Shown here one piece after another: positions 45,287 to 55,241 of a stretch of 59,740 bases of DNA (the stretch's first letter is position 1; the number at the start of each line of letters is the position of its first letter). Under the pieces are notes generated by a model. That model made no database searches and was not told the origin of the DNA. It saw nothing but the letters and a program-made list of their open reading frames with translations. Source of the stretch: an uncultured Candidatus Bathyarchaeia archaeon. GTDB lineage: Archaea > Thermoproteota > Bathyarchaeia > RBG-16-48-13 > JAGMEO01. The stretch spans positions 1-59,740 of the forward strand of contig CAZTBK010000001.1 in NCBI GenBank assembly GCA_964611975.1, in the 5' to 3' direction. The translations under genes were made by a program, and so were the position numbers.

Positions 45287-45919
45287 ATGGTGACTGAAGG
45301 ACTTGTCCAACTATACGATGGAAAGAAGCATTATGAGGTGAGCACTTGTGGTTTAAAGAGAGTGTTGCCGATACGTCGCGTCGGGGATGGAGTTTGGATC
45401 GCGTCGAACCACGTTCTGATGTTGGGGGATGTGGAGTTCATAGAAGCCGCCGCGAAGGAGTTGGCTTCCCGCTTGTCCAAGTATGAAGCAGACTTGGTAG
45501 TTACGGCGGAAGCGAAAGCATGTCCTCTAGCGTATGAGGTCTCAAAGAGGTTGGGTCTCCCTTACCTAGTGGTTTGTAGGAAGAGTGTTAAGGCATACAT
45601 GAAGGAGCCCTTAGTGACCGAGTTGAAATCGATAACCACAGAGGGGGTCCAGAAGCTAGCTTTGGACGAAACAGATGCAGAGAGGATTCGCGGGAGAAAG
45701 GTGGCCCTCGTAGACGACGTGACCACCACAGGCGGAAACATGAATGCTATGGAGGACCTAGTAAACAAAGCTGGAGGAAAAGTTGTGGCGAAGGCTTGCA
45801 TTTGGGTTGAGGGGCCTTCGACCACGGAGGATAGCTCTCGAGCAAGGAAGAACTTGGAGTATATAGACTGCTTGCCTTTGTTTCTGAGTGAGGAAAAAAT
45901 GAACAGACAATCAAACTGA
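45287..45919 (+). CDS. Type I phosphoribosyltransferase (purine/adenine PRTase-like)
   Basis: PRPP-binding loop VALVDDVTTTGGN. Confidence 0.8.
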   Translation: MVTEGLVQLYDGKKHYEVSTCGLKRVLPIRRVGDGVWIASNHVLMLGDVEFIEAAAKELASRLSKYEADLVVTAEAKACPLAYEVSKRLGLPYLVVCRKSVKAYMKEPLVTELKSITTEGVQKLALDETDAERIRGRKVALVDDVTTTGGNMNAMEDLVNKAGGKVVAKACIWVEGPSTTEDSSRARKNLEYIDCLPLFLSEEKMNRQSN

Positions 45920-45930
45920 GGGAAGCATGG

Positions 45931-47319
45931 TTGATCGAGAGCGAGGAAATGCAGGAGATGGCAGAGAGGTTTGAGGAGCCGATTGAGTTGATACTCGGTT
46001 CGCACTCTGCCTTAGACGCAGCCGCTGGTGCAAGGGATTATGGAATAAGGAGAATAATCTACACCACACCTGGAAGGGCGGAGGTCTATCTTTCTAATCC
46101 TATAGTTGGGGGTTCAAAGGAGGCGATAGAAGATCTACCTTCAGAGGTCAGAAGGGAGGTAATAGTTAGGAATGACCCAAGGGATATACCAAAGGGCGGC
46201 TCATGGAGGCACTGCATCCTAATCTTGGACAGGTACGATGACATTCTAAAGTTCCAGAGCGAACTTCAGGATCTTGAGTGCCTCCAGATTCCAAACAGGG
46301 CGTTCTCCGTCTACGTGGGTGGGGAACACTGTAAGCGAATAGAGAACGATTTCGCCATTCCGATAGTTGGGTCGAGAAGACTGCTAAAAATAGAGGACAG
46401 GGAAATCGAGAAAAACTATTATTGGTACTTGGAGAGAGCAGGGATACCTTGCCCAGAGGAGGTTAAGTATTCTGTGGTAGAAGACGGGCTAAGATTCAAA
46501 GAAGATATTGAACGACCACTCGTGCTCAAAGTTCCCTTTGCCTCGAGAAGATATGAGAGGGGTTTTGTTTTTGCAGCGAACTCTACGGAGCTGGAGAGAA
46601 AAGTCAGGGAGGAGATAATACTGGGGCACATAGATAAGGACGACTTGAAGATCGGGAGAGTTGAGGAGATAGTCCCTGGTGTGACTGCAAACTTCAACTT
46701 CTTTTATTCACCAATAAACGCGAAGGAAGACTGGGGTGAACTGGGAAAGTTCGTTCCCGCGTGGAAGCTTGCGAACGAGCTACTATCGATAGATGAGAGG
46801 AGGGAAACAACTCATGACGGAATTATTCGATTTCCAGCGAGGGACCAAATGAGAATGGACTGGTCCAAAACAGATTACCCTGAAGCTTTCGAGGTCACAG
46901 CTCACGCATCAATAAGCTTGAGAGAGTCCCTGTTAAGGTTTGTTTTCCCCATAGCGAACAAGTTTATTGAACTCGCACAGGAGGAGGAGCCCCCTGGTAT
47001 GATCGGTGCATATTGTCTTCAAACCTTGTTTACCTACCAGAAGAACCCGCAGTTAAGGATGAGGAATATAACGATTGGTTTGGGCGTCCCAGTTAAAGAA
47101 GGGGTTTACGATGTCCCTGAGGGAAAAGAATTCTACGATTTTATTCCCATAACACAAGACGTTGCAACTAGGCATGGGGGTGGAACGAACGTTCACATGG
47201 GAATTGGGTCACAATATGCTAACGTAAAATATCGAAGACCGATGAGCATGGGAAGCAGAATAGCTTTAGAGATAAAACGGGCTTGTAAAAAGGGAATGCT
47301 AGGTGAGATAGTTACGTAA
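45931..47319 (+). CDS. purP: 5-formaminoimidazole-4-carboxamide ribonucleotide (FAICAR) synthetase PurP
   Basis: LGSHSALD N-domain and ATP-grasp C-domain with the HGGGTN string typical of archaeal PurP (DUF1246/DUF1297). Confidence 0.8.
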   Translation: MIESEEMQEMAERFEEPIELILGSHSALDAAAGARDYGIRRIIYTTPGRAEVYLSNPIVGGSKEAIEDLPSEVRREVIVRNDPRDIPKGGSWRHCILILDRYDDILKFQSELQDLECLQIPNRAFSVYVGGEHCKRIENDFAIPIVGSRRLLKIEDREIEKNYYWYLERAGIPCPEEVKYSVVEDGLRFKEDIERPLVLKVPFASRRYERGFVFAANSTELERKVREEIILGHIDKDDLKIGRVEEIVPGVTANFNFFYSPINAKEDWGELGKFVPAWKLANELLSIDERRETTHDGIIRFPARDQMRMDWSKTDYPEAFEVTAHASISLRESLLRFVFPIANKFIELAQEEEPPGMIGAYCLQTLFTYQKNPQLRMRNITIGLGVPVKEGVYDVPEGKEFYDFIPITQDVATRHGGGTNVHMGIGSQYANVKYRRPMSMGSRIALEIKRACKKGMLGEIVT

Positions 47320-47334
47320 TTTTGGGTGATCAAC

Positions 47335-48267
47335 ATGTTTGAACCGAGGGTTTTCATTGAGAAGTCTGTAAATGAAATAAGAGACAAAACAAAAAATGAG
47401 ATGGTCATAGCAGCTTGCTCTGGTGGCGTAGATAGCACGACGGTAGCCGTCTTGGCTCAGAGGGCTGTAAGGAACAATTTACTCGCGGTTTTCATAGACG
47501 ACGGACTAAGGAGGGAAAACGAGTCTAACGAAGTTTTGAGAACGCTAAAAAATCTCGGCATAAGAGTTAGGAAGATTAACGCAGAGGATGAGTTCTTCAA
47601 AGCGCTGAAGGGGATAAGGGACGCAGAGAGAAAGAGGAAGAAGTTCAGGAAGACTTTCTACTCGATCCTTGGAAAAGTTGTGAAGAGTGAAAAAGCGAGG
47701 TGGCTCGCCCAAGGCACAATAAAGGCTGACGTGGTTGAAACCGTTGGAGGCATCAAAACCCAACACAACGTCCTTGAGCAGATCGGGATCAACCCGGGAA
47801 CGTATGGGTTTCGCCTATTAGAACCACTAAAAGAGTTGTATAAACCACAGGTAAGAATGGTGGCGCGAGAACTTGGACTGCCAGAAGAGGTTTCTGAGAA
47901 GATGCCTTTTCCGGGTCCGGGTCTAGCCATCAGGGTGCTAGGGGAGGTGACACCCGAGAGGGTTAAAATATTGAGAAAAGCCACCAAGATAGTTGAGGAA
48001 GAAACGAGGAGACTTAAGGCGTTCCAGAGCCTCGCCGTTTTGCATGAGGACAAGGCCACGGGAATAAAGGATGGCAAAAGAGTTTACGGGGACATAATCA
48101 CGGTTCGAGTGGTCGAATCCGACGATGGCATCACCGCAAGAGCGATGAGAGTACCATATGGTTTACTGAAAAAAATTTCTGAGAGAGTAATCGATGAGAT
48201 ACCGAGCGTCGTCAGATGTTTGTTTGACATGACAGACAAACCGCCAGCGACAATCGAATTTGAGTGA
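47335..48267 (+). CDS. guaA: GMP synthase subunit B (ATP pyrophosphatase subunit)
   Basis: PP-loop ACSGGVDSTT, C-terminal dimerisation domain ending PPATIEFE. ATG at 47335 (MFEPRVF). Confidence 0.9.
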   Translation: MFEPRVFIEKSVNEIRDKTKNEMVIAACSGGVDSTTVAVLAQRAVRNNLLAVFIDDGLRRENESNEVLRTLKNLGIRVRKINAEDEFFKALKGIRDAERKRKKFRKTFYSILGKVVKSEKARWLAQGTIKADVVETVGGIKTQHNVLEQIGINPGTYGFRLLEPLKELYKPQVRMVARELGLPEEVSEKMPFPGPGLAIRVLGEVTPERVKILRKATKIVEEETRRLKAFQSLAVLHEDKATGIKDGKRVYGDIITVRVVESDDGITARAMRVPYGLLKKISERVIDEIPSVVRCLFDMTDKPPATIEFE

Positions 48268-48340
48268 TTCCCATTAAATAATGCGGAGAAAGTAGCGAAT
48301 TATAGATGAGAGGTATAGGGATTTTTCTGAGCCTTAAAGT

Positions 48341-49168
48341 TTAAACCTCGCATATTTGTAGTTTCACTTTTCCGCCCAGAATGCTCGCTGTTATGAGTTG
48401 CCCGCTTTTTAGGGTTTGCCAGTCATCTTCTTTGTTTGTTTTCTCCGATGCGACTATCAGTCGTGTAGGACTGGAGAGATATGAGAGTTGGAACACCGGC
48501 TGTTCTCTGAAGCAAAGTGAATATTCTGACTCATCCTCCTTCTGATACTTACAGTATACATATAGGCGCTTCCCGTCGCTAAGTATAATATTAAGACCTA
48601 CGTATGGGCGTTCCTTGTCTGAATACTTTCCCCTATTCTCATGCCAGAGGTCTGATAGCGTCCCCTCAAACACTTTCAGAGCATTTCGGAGAGTCGCCCC
48701 GTTAGTAATCTCCTTTATGATATACCAGAAATAGACCTCGCTGTCATTGAGCGACCTCAGCTTCCTCCTCCAACCACCGAGCCTCTCCGCGACCTCATCT
48801 GGTATGTTTATTACCCCATTATGGGCAAACAAGTACTCTTTATAGTTGAAGGGCTGAGAGTTTTCGGCTGAGATGATCCTATCCCTTGGTAATCCTCTCG
48901 GGTTACTCGCCCGCCTTATGTGCGCCACGATTATCCTAGAGCTGGCAGATCTAACGACTGAGGAAAACCTTTCTGGCTCTTCGTAAACGGGCCTGCTGCT
49001 CCTGATGACCACAGGGGCACCGTCAGAGTAGTAGCCTATGCCCCAACCATCCCTCTGCGGACGCTTTGGGTCCGCATTACTTTGAGCGAGAAGGGAACAA
49101 GGATCATTAATGAGATACTTACTCACATTACATGGCTTAACTGAAAGCATGCCGAACAAACGACACAT
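48341..49168 (-). CDS. Class II (Ntn) glutamine amidotransferase domain protein
   Basis: MCRLFG N-terminus (Cys2 nucleophile) at ATG 49168, HIRRAS and NSQPF motifs. The ORF-track start at 49285 would bury the catalytic Cys. Confidence 0.8.
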   Translation of the reverse strand: MCRLFGMLSVKPCNVSKYLINDPCSLLAQSNADPKRPQRDGWGIGYYSDGAPVVIRSSRPVYEEPERFSSVVRSASSRIIVAHIRRASNPRGLPRDRIISAENSQPFNYKEYLFAHNGVINIPDEVAERLGGWRRKLRSLNDSEVYFWYIIKEITNGATLRNALKVFEGTLSDLWHENRGKYSDKERPYVGLNIILSDGKRLYVYCKYQKEDESEYSLCFREQPVFQLSYLSSPTRLIVASEKTNKEDDWQTLKSGQLITASILGGKVKLQICEV

Positions 49169-49374
49169 CATCTGATTCCTCAAGTCTATTTGGGTGTAAA
49201 TTAACAAATGCTTTACGCTTGAGATCCTGCAGAAAGTAAAATCATAGAAGGGGGACACTGGGTATGCTCGGTTGAATAATGTCAATCCTATATGCGAACG
49301 TGGTGAACGGAGCTGGAATGCGTCGACTGGTCAAATGATGGGATAATCGCCCACTCATCAAAGGATTTTATTAA

Positions 49375-49539
49375 TTATTTTGATAATCTGCCTTTTGATT
49401 TTTTCCAGTAATACCATACTAGCCCGATCACTATCAGGAGGGACAAAACCATCAGCATGTAGTCATAGGGATGCGCTCCTGCTAGGGGTTTCGTGCCTTT
49501 CTGGAAGCCGAACCTTATGACCGCGCACGCTACGAACAT
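49375..49539 (-). CDS. Small membrane protein (start uncertain)
   Basis: Two hydrophobic helices and a KKSKGR tail. The longer ORF (to 49650) would overlap the upstream gene by 77 nt. Confidence 0.3.
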   Translation of the reverse strand: MFVACAVIRFGFQKGTKPLAGAHPYDYMLMVLSLLIVIGLVWYYWKKSKGRLSK

Positions 49540-49573
49540 GATCGCCAGCGCCACGTAGTCCCACCTGAACTTC

Positions 49574-50161
49574 TCACTCAAGCTCCTCCCCTCCGCTCCA
49601 TAGCCAACGAGGACGCATGAACTCCGGCGAGGTCCGCAATACAATTGCAAGAGGTATGAACTCCTGTAGGATGTGCACTATGCTAGGCCCAGCCACCGTG
49701 CTCAAAAAGAACGGCCAGAAGGGCGCGACACCAAACATAGCGATTACGAAGGCCCCCCAAGGTGCAGATATGATGAATTCCGCCAGTATTATGGCCACGA
49801 GGATTAGCGAGTATGCCCGGATGTGTTTCTTCTCCTCCATCCATCTCCAAGCCCTCTTACTAACTGAGGCGATGGTTATCCCTATGAGTGGAAAAGCCAC
49901 GCAATCGTACAAAGGGTACGCTGAGGGGAGCCCCATGAGGAAACCTGATGCGATCGCGACGTATGGTCCGCCGGCGAAGCTCACTATGGCAAGGAGCGTA
50001 TATCTAATGCCCAGCACATAGGTCGTAGGAGGAATTAGCACTACGAGGCCTAGGGCACGCCACGCAAAGCCTAACCCACCGAAGGCGGCTATCATACCGA
50101 CCTGCCTAGCGGTCAATAAAGGCCTTCTCTTCTCAATCTTTTTCTCACCCATCGACACCAC
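49574..50161 (-). CDS. Putative ECF transporter S component
   Basis: 195 aa, about 6 TM, immediately downstream of ecfT on the same strand. Confidence 0.5.
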   Translation of the reverse strand: MVSMGEKKIEKRRPLLTARQVGMIAAFGGLGFAWRALGLVVLIPPTTYVLGIRYTLLAIVSFAGGPYVAIASGFLMGLPSAYPLYDCVAFPLIGITIASVSKRAWRWMEEKKHIRAYSLILVAIILAEFIISAPWGAFVIAMFGVAPFWPFFLSTVAGPSIVHILQEFIPLAIVLRTSPEFMRPRWLWSGGEELE

Positions 50162-50170
50162 CTCACATTT

Positions 50171-51004
50171 TTACCTGTTAATCCCTAAAGCGTGAACTAA
50201 TAAATCCAGGCTGGTCTCATAATCCGCTATTCTGAGCCCCCAATGCCCGATGACGAGGCTAAAGACCGCGGCAGCCACCAGAACCCCACAAACAGCGTAA
50301 TCTAATTTAGTGAACTTTACCTCAGTTAGATAAGTTCTTCCCCGAATATCGTACCCAAACCCCTTAGATTCCAGCGCTAATGCTATGTCACCAGAGCGTT
50401 TGATTCCACGCATGATTGCCGGGATCATCAATTTAAGAAGGGCCCTCATGCGTTTTATTGGGTTTCCCTTGAGATTCCAGCCCTTCACTCGCTGGGCATC
50501 CCTGATCTTTTCGGTTTCATCCATCATAACGGGAAGGTATGCGAAACCGCTGGTAAAGGCAATGCCGAACTCCACGGGCATCCCAAGCTTCACAAGCCCT
50601 AAGATCATGTCCTTTATCGATGTGACCATGAGGACCGCTCTAAGAGAGAGCAATATGCAGAGAAACCTTATCGTGCTCCCAAGCGTGTATACGATTCCGT
50701 CTACAGACACTGGAAAATAGAAGAAGTCAAACAGTATGTAGTCGTTCGAGTGAAACCCCCAAAGGAGGGTAAAGAGGGCGTAAACCACAGTTGGAAAAGC
50801 GACCGTCCTTAAGAATCCCCAGATTTTGCTCCACTCAACTTGGCTGATCTTTAGCACCATAAAGATCACGGCCAAGACGCAACCGATGAAAAGCGGATCA
50901 GAAAAGAGGAGAACGCAGAGCATTACGACTATGTAAAAAAGGATTTTCGTCCTTGGATCTAATCTATGAAAGATTGTATTCCCAGGTTTATAATCAAAGG
51001 CCAT
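50171..51004 (-). CDS. ECF transporter transmembrane component EcfT (CbiQ family)
   Basis: FHRLDPRTK signature and the DAQRVKG coupling motif. Confidence 0.85.
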   Translation of the reverse strand: MAFDYKPGNTIFHRLDPRTKILFYIVVMLCVLLFSDPLFIGCVLAVIFMVLKISQVEWSKIWGFLRTVAFPTVVYALFTLLWGFHSNDYILFDFFYFPVSVDGIVYTLGSTIRFLCILLSLRAVLMVTSIKDMILGLVKLGMPVEFGIAFTSGFAYLPVMMDETEKIRDAQRVKGWNLKGNPIKRMRALLKLMIPAIMRGIKRSGDIALALESKGFGYDIRGRTYLTEVKFTKLDYAVCGVLVAAAVFSLVIGHWGLRIADYETSLDLLVHALGINR

Positions 51005-51007
51005 GTG

Positions 51008-52753
51008 TCAACCTCCAAGAATGGTAACAAATTCATCATACATCTCGTCGACCCTCAGGACAGGGGTCGAAATCCCATATCCCCTAAGAGCATATCCTAG
51101 CCTCGTGATCTGAGGCGGTCTCAGAGACGTTGTTTCCAGCAGCTTTGGTTGAGAGAAAGCATCTGCCGTAGCACCATCGAAGATGACCTCACCGTCCCGA
51201 AGCACAACCACCCTATCCACATATTCAGCGACAAGCTCCATGTCATGAGTTATCAAGATGACCGTCTTACCTCTGGAGTGAAGGGACCTCAGAATCTTCA
51301 TCATCTCCTCTCCCATCCTTTTATCTTGTCCGGTCGTTGGCTCATCTACAACCAGGGTTTCAGGTCCCATCGTGAGAACAGAAGCTATAGCCACCCTCCT
51401 TTTCTCGCCTCTGCTCAAGGAGTACGGCGACCTATCGAGGAGGCGCTCAAGTCCCATTTCCCTGCTAATCTCATCAACCCTCCTCTCAACTTCATCATCC
51501 GGCAACCCTAGGTTTCTAGGTCCAAACTCTAGTTCTTCCCTCACGCTTTTGCAACATATCTGGTGATCCGGATTCTGGAAGCAGTAACCAACCTTCTGGG
51601 CAAGCTCATACACAGTCGCAGCTTTAGTGTTCACACCATAGACGAAGACATCGCCCTCAGTTGGCTTCAACAGACCAACGAAATGCTTCACCAAAGTTGT
51701 TTTACCTGATCCATTTCGCCCTATGATGGCCATGAAGTCACCTTCGCGTACCGTCAAGTTTATCCCCCTTAAGGCAACGCTCCCCTTTTCATATGAGTAA
51801 TGGAGGTTTCGAACCTCGATGATAGGGCGCGCAGGCTTATTGAGGATAGATTTGAGTTTCCTTACCCCTTCCCGGTCAGACCACGCCCCTTCCCTGCCCC
51901 TCAGAATGCCTAAGAAAGCTTTAACAGCGTCCTCAAATGTGAGGAAAGTGGGATCGATCTCTATCCCTGATTTTTTAAGCCTCAAGGCTAAGGAGTTAAC
52001 CTGAGGCTGTCTGAGGCCCAATTCCTCTAGGGCTTCTACTTTATTTAGGATTACCTGAGGCTCACCATCCGCCACTATGCGCCCCTCATTCATCACGATT
52101 ATCCTGTCTACAAGAGGAAGCATCTCCTCCATCTTATGCTCGACGATGACCATCGTCTTCTCACGTCTTCTAGCAAGCTGTGTTATGAGGCGGAGAACTC
52201 TACTGCTTCCAACAGGATCGAGGTTTGACGTTGGCTCATCTAACACGAATATATCCGGACGCATAGTCATGATAGATGCTATCGCGCATGTCTGCTGTTC
52301 CCCTTCTGAAAGGGAGAAGGGAGATCTATCCCTATATCGCTTAAGTCCAGTTGCTTCTAGAGCCTCTTCAACCCTTACCCTTATCTTCTCTGGTGGGATA
52401 TGGTAGTTCTCTGGGCCGAAGGCGAGTTCATCCTCAACGGTTGGGGCGATCAGTTGGCTCGAAGGATCTTGAAAGAGCAAGCCGCAGACGTGTGACAAAG
52501 CACTTATCGCATATTCCCTCGTATTCATGCCCTTAACTAACACATTACCATTAAACTTCCCACGATAATATTGGGGGATCAAACCATTTAAGCACTGGCA
52601 GAGCGTAGTCTTACCAGCTGCGGTAGGACCTGTGACCATAACTATCTCGCCCCTCTTCACTTTTAGGTCTATGTCCTCAAGCGCCGGTTTTTTGCCCCTC
52701 GGATAGGTGTAGGTGACGCCTTCCATCACGATGTCGTAGCCCTTCTCAGCCAT
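51008..52753 (-). CDS. Fused tandem ECF/ABC ATPase (EcfA1-EcfA2 in one polypeptide)
   Basis: Two complete cassettes: GPTAAGKTT/LSEGEQQ/FVLDEPT and GRNGSGKTT/LSRGEKRR/LVVDEPT. Confidence 0.9.
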   Translation of the reverse strand: MAEKGYDIVMEGVTYTYPRGKKPALEDIDLKVKRGEIVMVTGPTAAGKTTLCQCLNGLIPQYYRGKFNGNVLVKGMNTREYAISALSHVCGLLFQDPSSQLIAPTVEDELAFGPENYHIPPEKIRVRVEEALEATGLKRYRDRSPFSLSEGEQQTCAIASIMTMRPDIFVLDEPTSNLDPVGSSRVLRLITQLARRREKTMVIVEHKMEEMLPLVDRIIVMNEGRIVADGEPQVILNKVEALEELGLRQPQVNSLALRLKKSGIEIDPTFLTFEDAVKAFLGILRGREGAWSDREGVRKLKSILNKPARPIIEVRNLHYSYEKGSVALRGINLTVREGDFMAIIGRNGSGKTTLVKHFVGLLKPTEGDVFVYGVNTKAATVYELAQKVGYCFQNPDHQICCKSVREELEFGPRNLGLPDDEVERRVDEISREMGLERLLDRSPYSLSRGEKRRVAIASVLTMGPETLVVDEPTTGQDKRMGEEMMKILRSLHSRGKTVILITHDMELVAEYVDRVVVLRDGEVIFDGATADAFSQPKLLETTSLRPPQITRLGYALRGYGISTPVLRVDEMYDEFVTILGG

Positions 52754-52849
52754 AGCGGAACCCCTGGTACAATGTTGTCATGGAGCCGTAGCTAGGGCCT
52801 CTTTTATAGAGGAGAATATCAGAAGTATTAATATTTAACTGAAAAAAAT

Positions 52850-52863
52850 ATTCCTATAGGAAT
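52850..52863. promoter_or_regulatory. Perfect 14-bp palindrome ATTCCTATAGGAAT in a divergent promoter region
   Basis: Read directly. Lies between the start of the fused ECF ATPase gene (52753, minus) and the glycosylase gene (52946, plus). Confidence 0.3.
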
Positions 52864-52945
52864 TTTAAGGTGCGCTAAGTAACTTTATAAAGAATTTTAA
52901 GTGATCGATCTCTACAATGAATTAATGTTTATCAGGTAAATTCTG

Positions 52946-53614
52946 ATGGCTATGAATGTTGAATCTGAGCTTTCAAGGCTACGGAGTTACTCGGAGGAGC
53001 TTGGGTTAGATCTATCTAGGCCCGAGGACAGGTTCAAGTGGTTTCTAGCATCACTGTTGTTCGCTAAAAGAATATCTGCGGAGATTGCGAAGAAGACCTA
53101 TCGACGGTTCGAGAGGGAGGAATTAACAACCCCGGAGAGGATTTTGAACGCAGGTTGGGATCGGCTTGTTCAAGTTCTGGATTTAGGGGGATATGTCAGG
53201 TATGACTTCTCCACAGCTTCAAGGCTCCTAGAGATCGTGAGGAAGCTTAAGGAGGAATATGGAGGCCTTGAGGAGATCCATAGAAGGTCAAGGAATCCGA
53301 CAGATCTGGAGAGAAGGCTCAGAGAATTCAAGGGGGTTGGGCCAGTATGTATCAACATCTTTCTCAGAGAGCTTAGGGGGATATGGAAGAACGCCGACCC
53401 AAAACCCTCAAACATGGCCGTCAAGGTCGCTAAGCGATTGGGCTTAGGAGATCCCAAGCCTTATGAATCAGCCTTGGTGAGGCTCAATTTAGAGTACTGT
53501 AAGAGGCAGAGATGTGAGGATTGCCCTGTCAAGAAATTCTGTAAAAAGAAGGCCCTAGATCTCCAGAGTCAGCAGAAAGTTAGCCATAAAAGGCTGGCAT
53601 GTTTCGTGGTTTAA
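52946..53614 (+). CDS. HhH-GPD superfamily DNA glycosylase (endonuclease III-related) with C-terminal Cys cluster
   Basis: HhH FKGVGPVCINIFLRELRG and C-terminal CKRQRCEDCPVKKFC (four Cys, Fe-S-loop-like). Confidence 0.65.
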   Translation: MAMNVESELSRLRSYSEELGLDLSRPEDRFKWFLASLLFAKRISAEIAKKTYRRFEREELTTPERILNAGWDRLVQVLDLGGYVRYDFSTASRLLEIVRKLKEEYGGLEEIHRRSRNPTDLERRLREFKGVGPVCINIFLRELRGIWKNADPKPSNMAVKVAKRLGLGDPKPYESALVRLNLEYCKRQRCEDCPVKKFCKKKALDLQSQQKVSHKRLACFVV

Positions 53615-53674
53615 TGGGCTAAAATTCGTTCACTTTTGAATATAGAGGATTAGATTTGCCATTACCTTAGTCAA

Positions 53675-54061
53675 TCAGCCCTCATCGCTTAAGCCTTCCT
53701 TTAACCTGATCGACTTTAGAATACCTTGAGTTCTGGGATGGCCTTCCTCAGCTTTCTCTATCAATATGGGCACCGCGCTTCCGCTCATACCTTGAAGCGT
53801 GTCTGAGAAAGAAACCCTCCCTTGGTCCATTATCGCGTATCTTTTGTACTCTCGTAGCACGCAGTAGTTTACCGTGGTTATGTAATGCACATATGGCTTC
53901 TCGTGGTGCCACTCCTCTTCATATTCATATAGGTATCCACCGCACCATACAAGATGGGGGACTTCCTTCCTGGCCTGAAAACCGACCAGATCCTCAATCC
54001 TCATCCTTTCTGGAACGCAGACGACGGGATATCGGATTTTCCATTTCCTCATGATCCTCAC
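53675..54061 (-). CDS. Hypothetical protein
   Basis: 128-codon ORF with protein-like composition. No recognised family. Confidence 0.4.
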   Translation of the reverse strand: MRIMRKWKIRYPVVCVPERMRIEDLVGFQARKEVPHLVWCGGYLYEYEEEWHHEKPYVHYITTVNYCVLREYKRYAIMDQGRVSFSDTLQGMSGSAVPILIEKAEEGHPRTQGILKSIRLKEGLSDEG

Positions 54062-54163
54062 AGCTCCGGGACTCTTAAGGTAGATGCGCGAACTACCAGC
54101 TTTTGTAAGTGGCAGCCTCCTTCTTCGACGGCCATGCTCAATCCTCGCCTAACGCTGCTTCGG

Positions 54164-54373
54164 TCATAAGGACGTCATCAAGTCGCATCTAGGCGGGTTA
54201 TGAGCTGGGCCTTCATGGATATAACTTCGGCTTGTTCTATAGTCGAAGGGAAAAAGTATAATGAACAAAAATATAAACATACCAAAATCTTTCAATGAGG
54301 GGATGGCCGTCTTTATCCACAGTTTCCTTAAGCGCGTGTTTCCATCAGCTAAAAGTTTAAGCGCTGACATCAC
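54164..54373 (-). CDS. Hypothetical small membrane protein
   Basis: Start overlaps the phosphatase stop by 4 nt. One hydrophobic helix (FGMFIFLFIILFPF). Confidence 0.25.
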   Translation of the reverse strand: MMSALKLLADGNTRLRKLWIKTAIPSLKDFGMFIFLFIILFPFDYRTSRSYIHEGPAHNPPRCDLMTSL

Positions 54374-55167
54374 CTTAAGCTAACTACATATCCTTCCAAA
54401 TGCCTGAAAGCTCTATCCAATTCCTTAGATGGAAGGGCCAAGACAAACGGGGTCCCCCCATATATTATTGTCGAGCTTATCGTTATAACCCTCCCATCGT
54501 GCTCCACGTAAGGCCCACCCCTGGCCTTCCTAGGCTGGTGGCCCCTTACAATCCTCTTTATGCCAAGCCTTTGGCAGACCCTCTCGCTCACGTCCTTCCC
54601 AAACTCGATCCCTATCCCTCGCATGTTAGGGCGCTCACCGTAGCCTCCAAATGGGTCGCTCCAAAGGACGTCCTTCTCTATTTGTCTAGATGGGCGCCTT
54701 AAGTCATTGACACTCCTAATTTTATTTGATATCCCACCATGAACGAAAAGCACTTCACCGGGTATCAGGACGGCCAGGTAAAGCTCATCTAAAAATGGCC
54801 TCAACACACCTTCAAAATAGGATGGCCAGCCATTTCTCTTCTCGTAGGCCTCATGCATCAGGTCACATGGTGCAAATGATGGAGCCCCACTTTTACTGTA
54901 GTCCTCGTGATTACCCTTCATCGCGATGGCTCTATCAGGATATTTCCTAACAAGCTCCCGTACACCATCTATGACCTCGATGCCTTTTGGCCCCCTGTCT
55001 GCGTAATCGCCGAGGAATATCAGGAAATCTTGACTAGGATCGAACAGATCGCGAATTCTTTGAAGGCTTTCATAGTCGCCATGTATATCGCCTGAAACGA
55101 TCACGCGATCGATTTCAGAGAGCTTCTCATGGGACAGCTCATAGAGCCCTCTATGCGAGCCCCTCAT
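54370..55167 (-). CDS. PPP-family serine/threonine protein phosphatase
   Basis: GDIHGD, GDYADRG, GNHE, HGG and RGHQ motifs in canonical order. ATG 55167 avoids a head-to-head overlap with the neighbouring gene. Confidence 0.85.
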   Translation of the reverse strand: MRGSHRGLYELSHEKLSEIDRVIVSGDIHGDYESLQRIRDLFDPSQDFLIFLGDYADRGPKGIEVIDGVRELVRKYPDRAIAMKGNHEDYSKSGAPSFAPCDLMHEAYEKRNGWPSYFEGVLRPFLDELYLAVLIPGEVLFVHGGISNKIRSVNDLRRPSRQIEKDVLWSDPFGGYGERPNMRGIGIEFGKDVSERVCQRLGIKRIVRGHQPRKARGGPYVEHDGRVITISSTIIYGGTPFVLALPSKELDRAFRHLEGYVVSLR

Positions 55168-55241
55168 CTTAGATGGTTTCAAAGTCTCATCCTCCAAAGC
55201 CTGAACAACCCTTATTTTATACGTAAGGAAGTATAAGAACC

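Noticed and set aside
53675-54061. Serine protease, based on a GMSGSAVP string
   Set aside because: The protein is only 128 aa, and the spacing of candidate His/Asp/Ser residues cannot fit a chymotrypsin fold. It is left as hypothetical.
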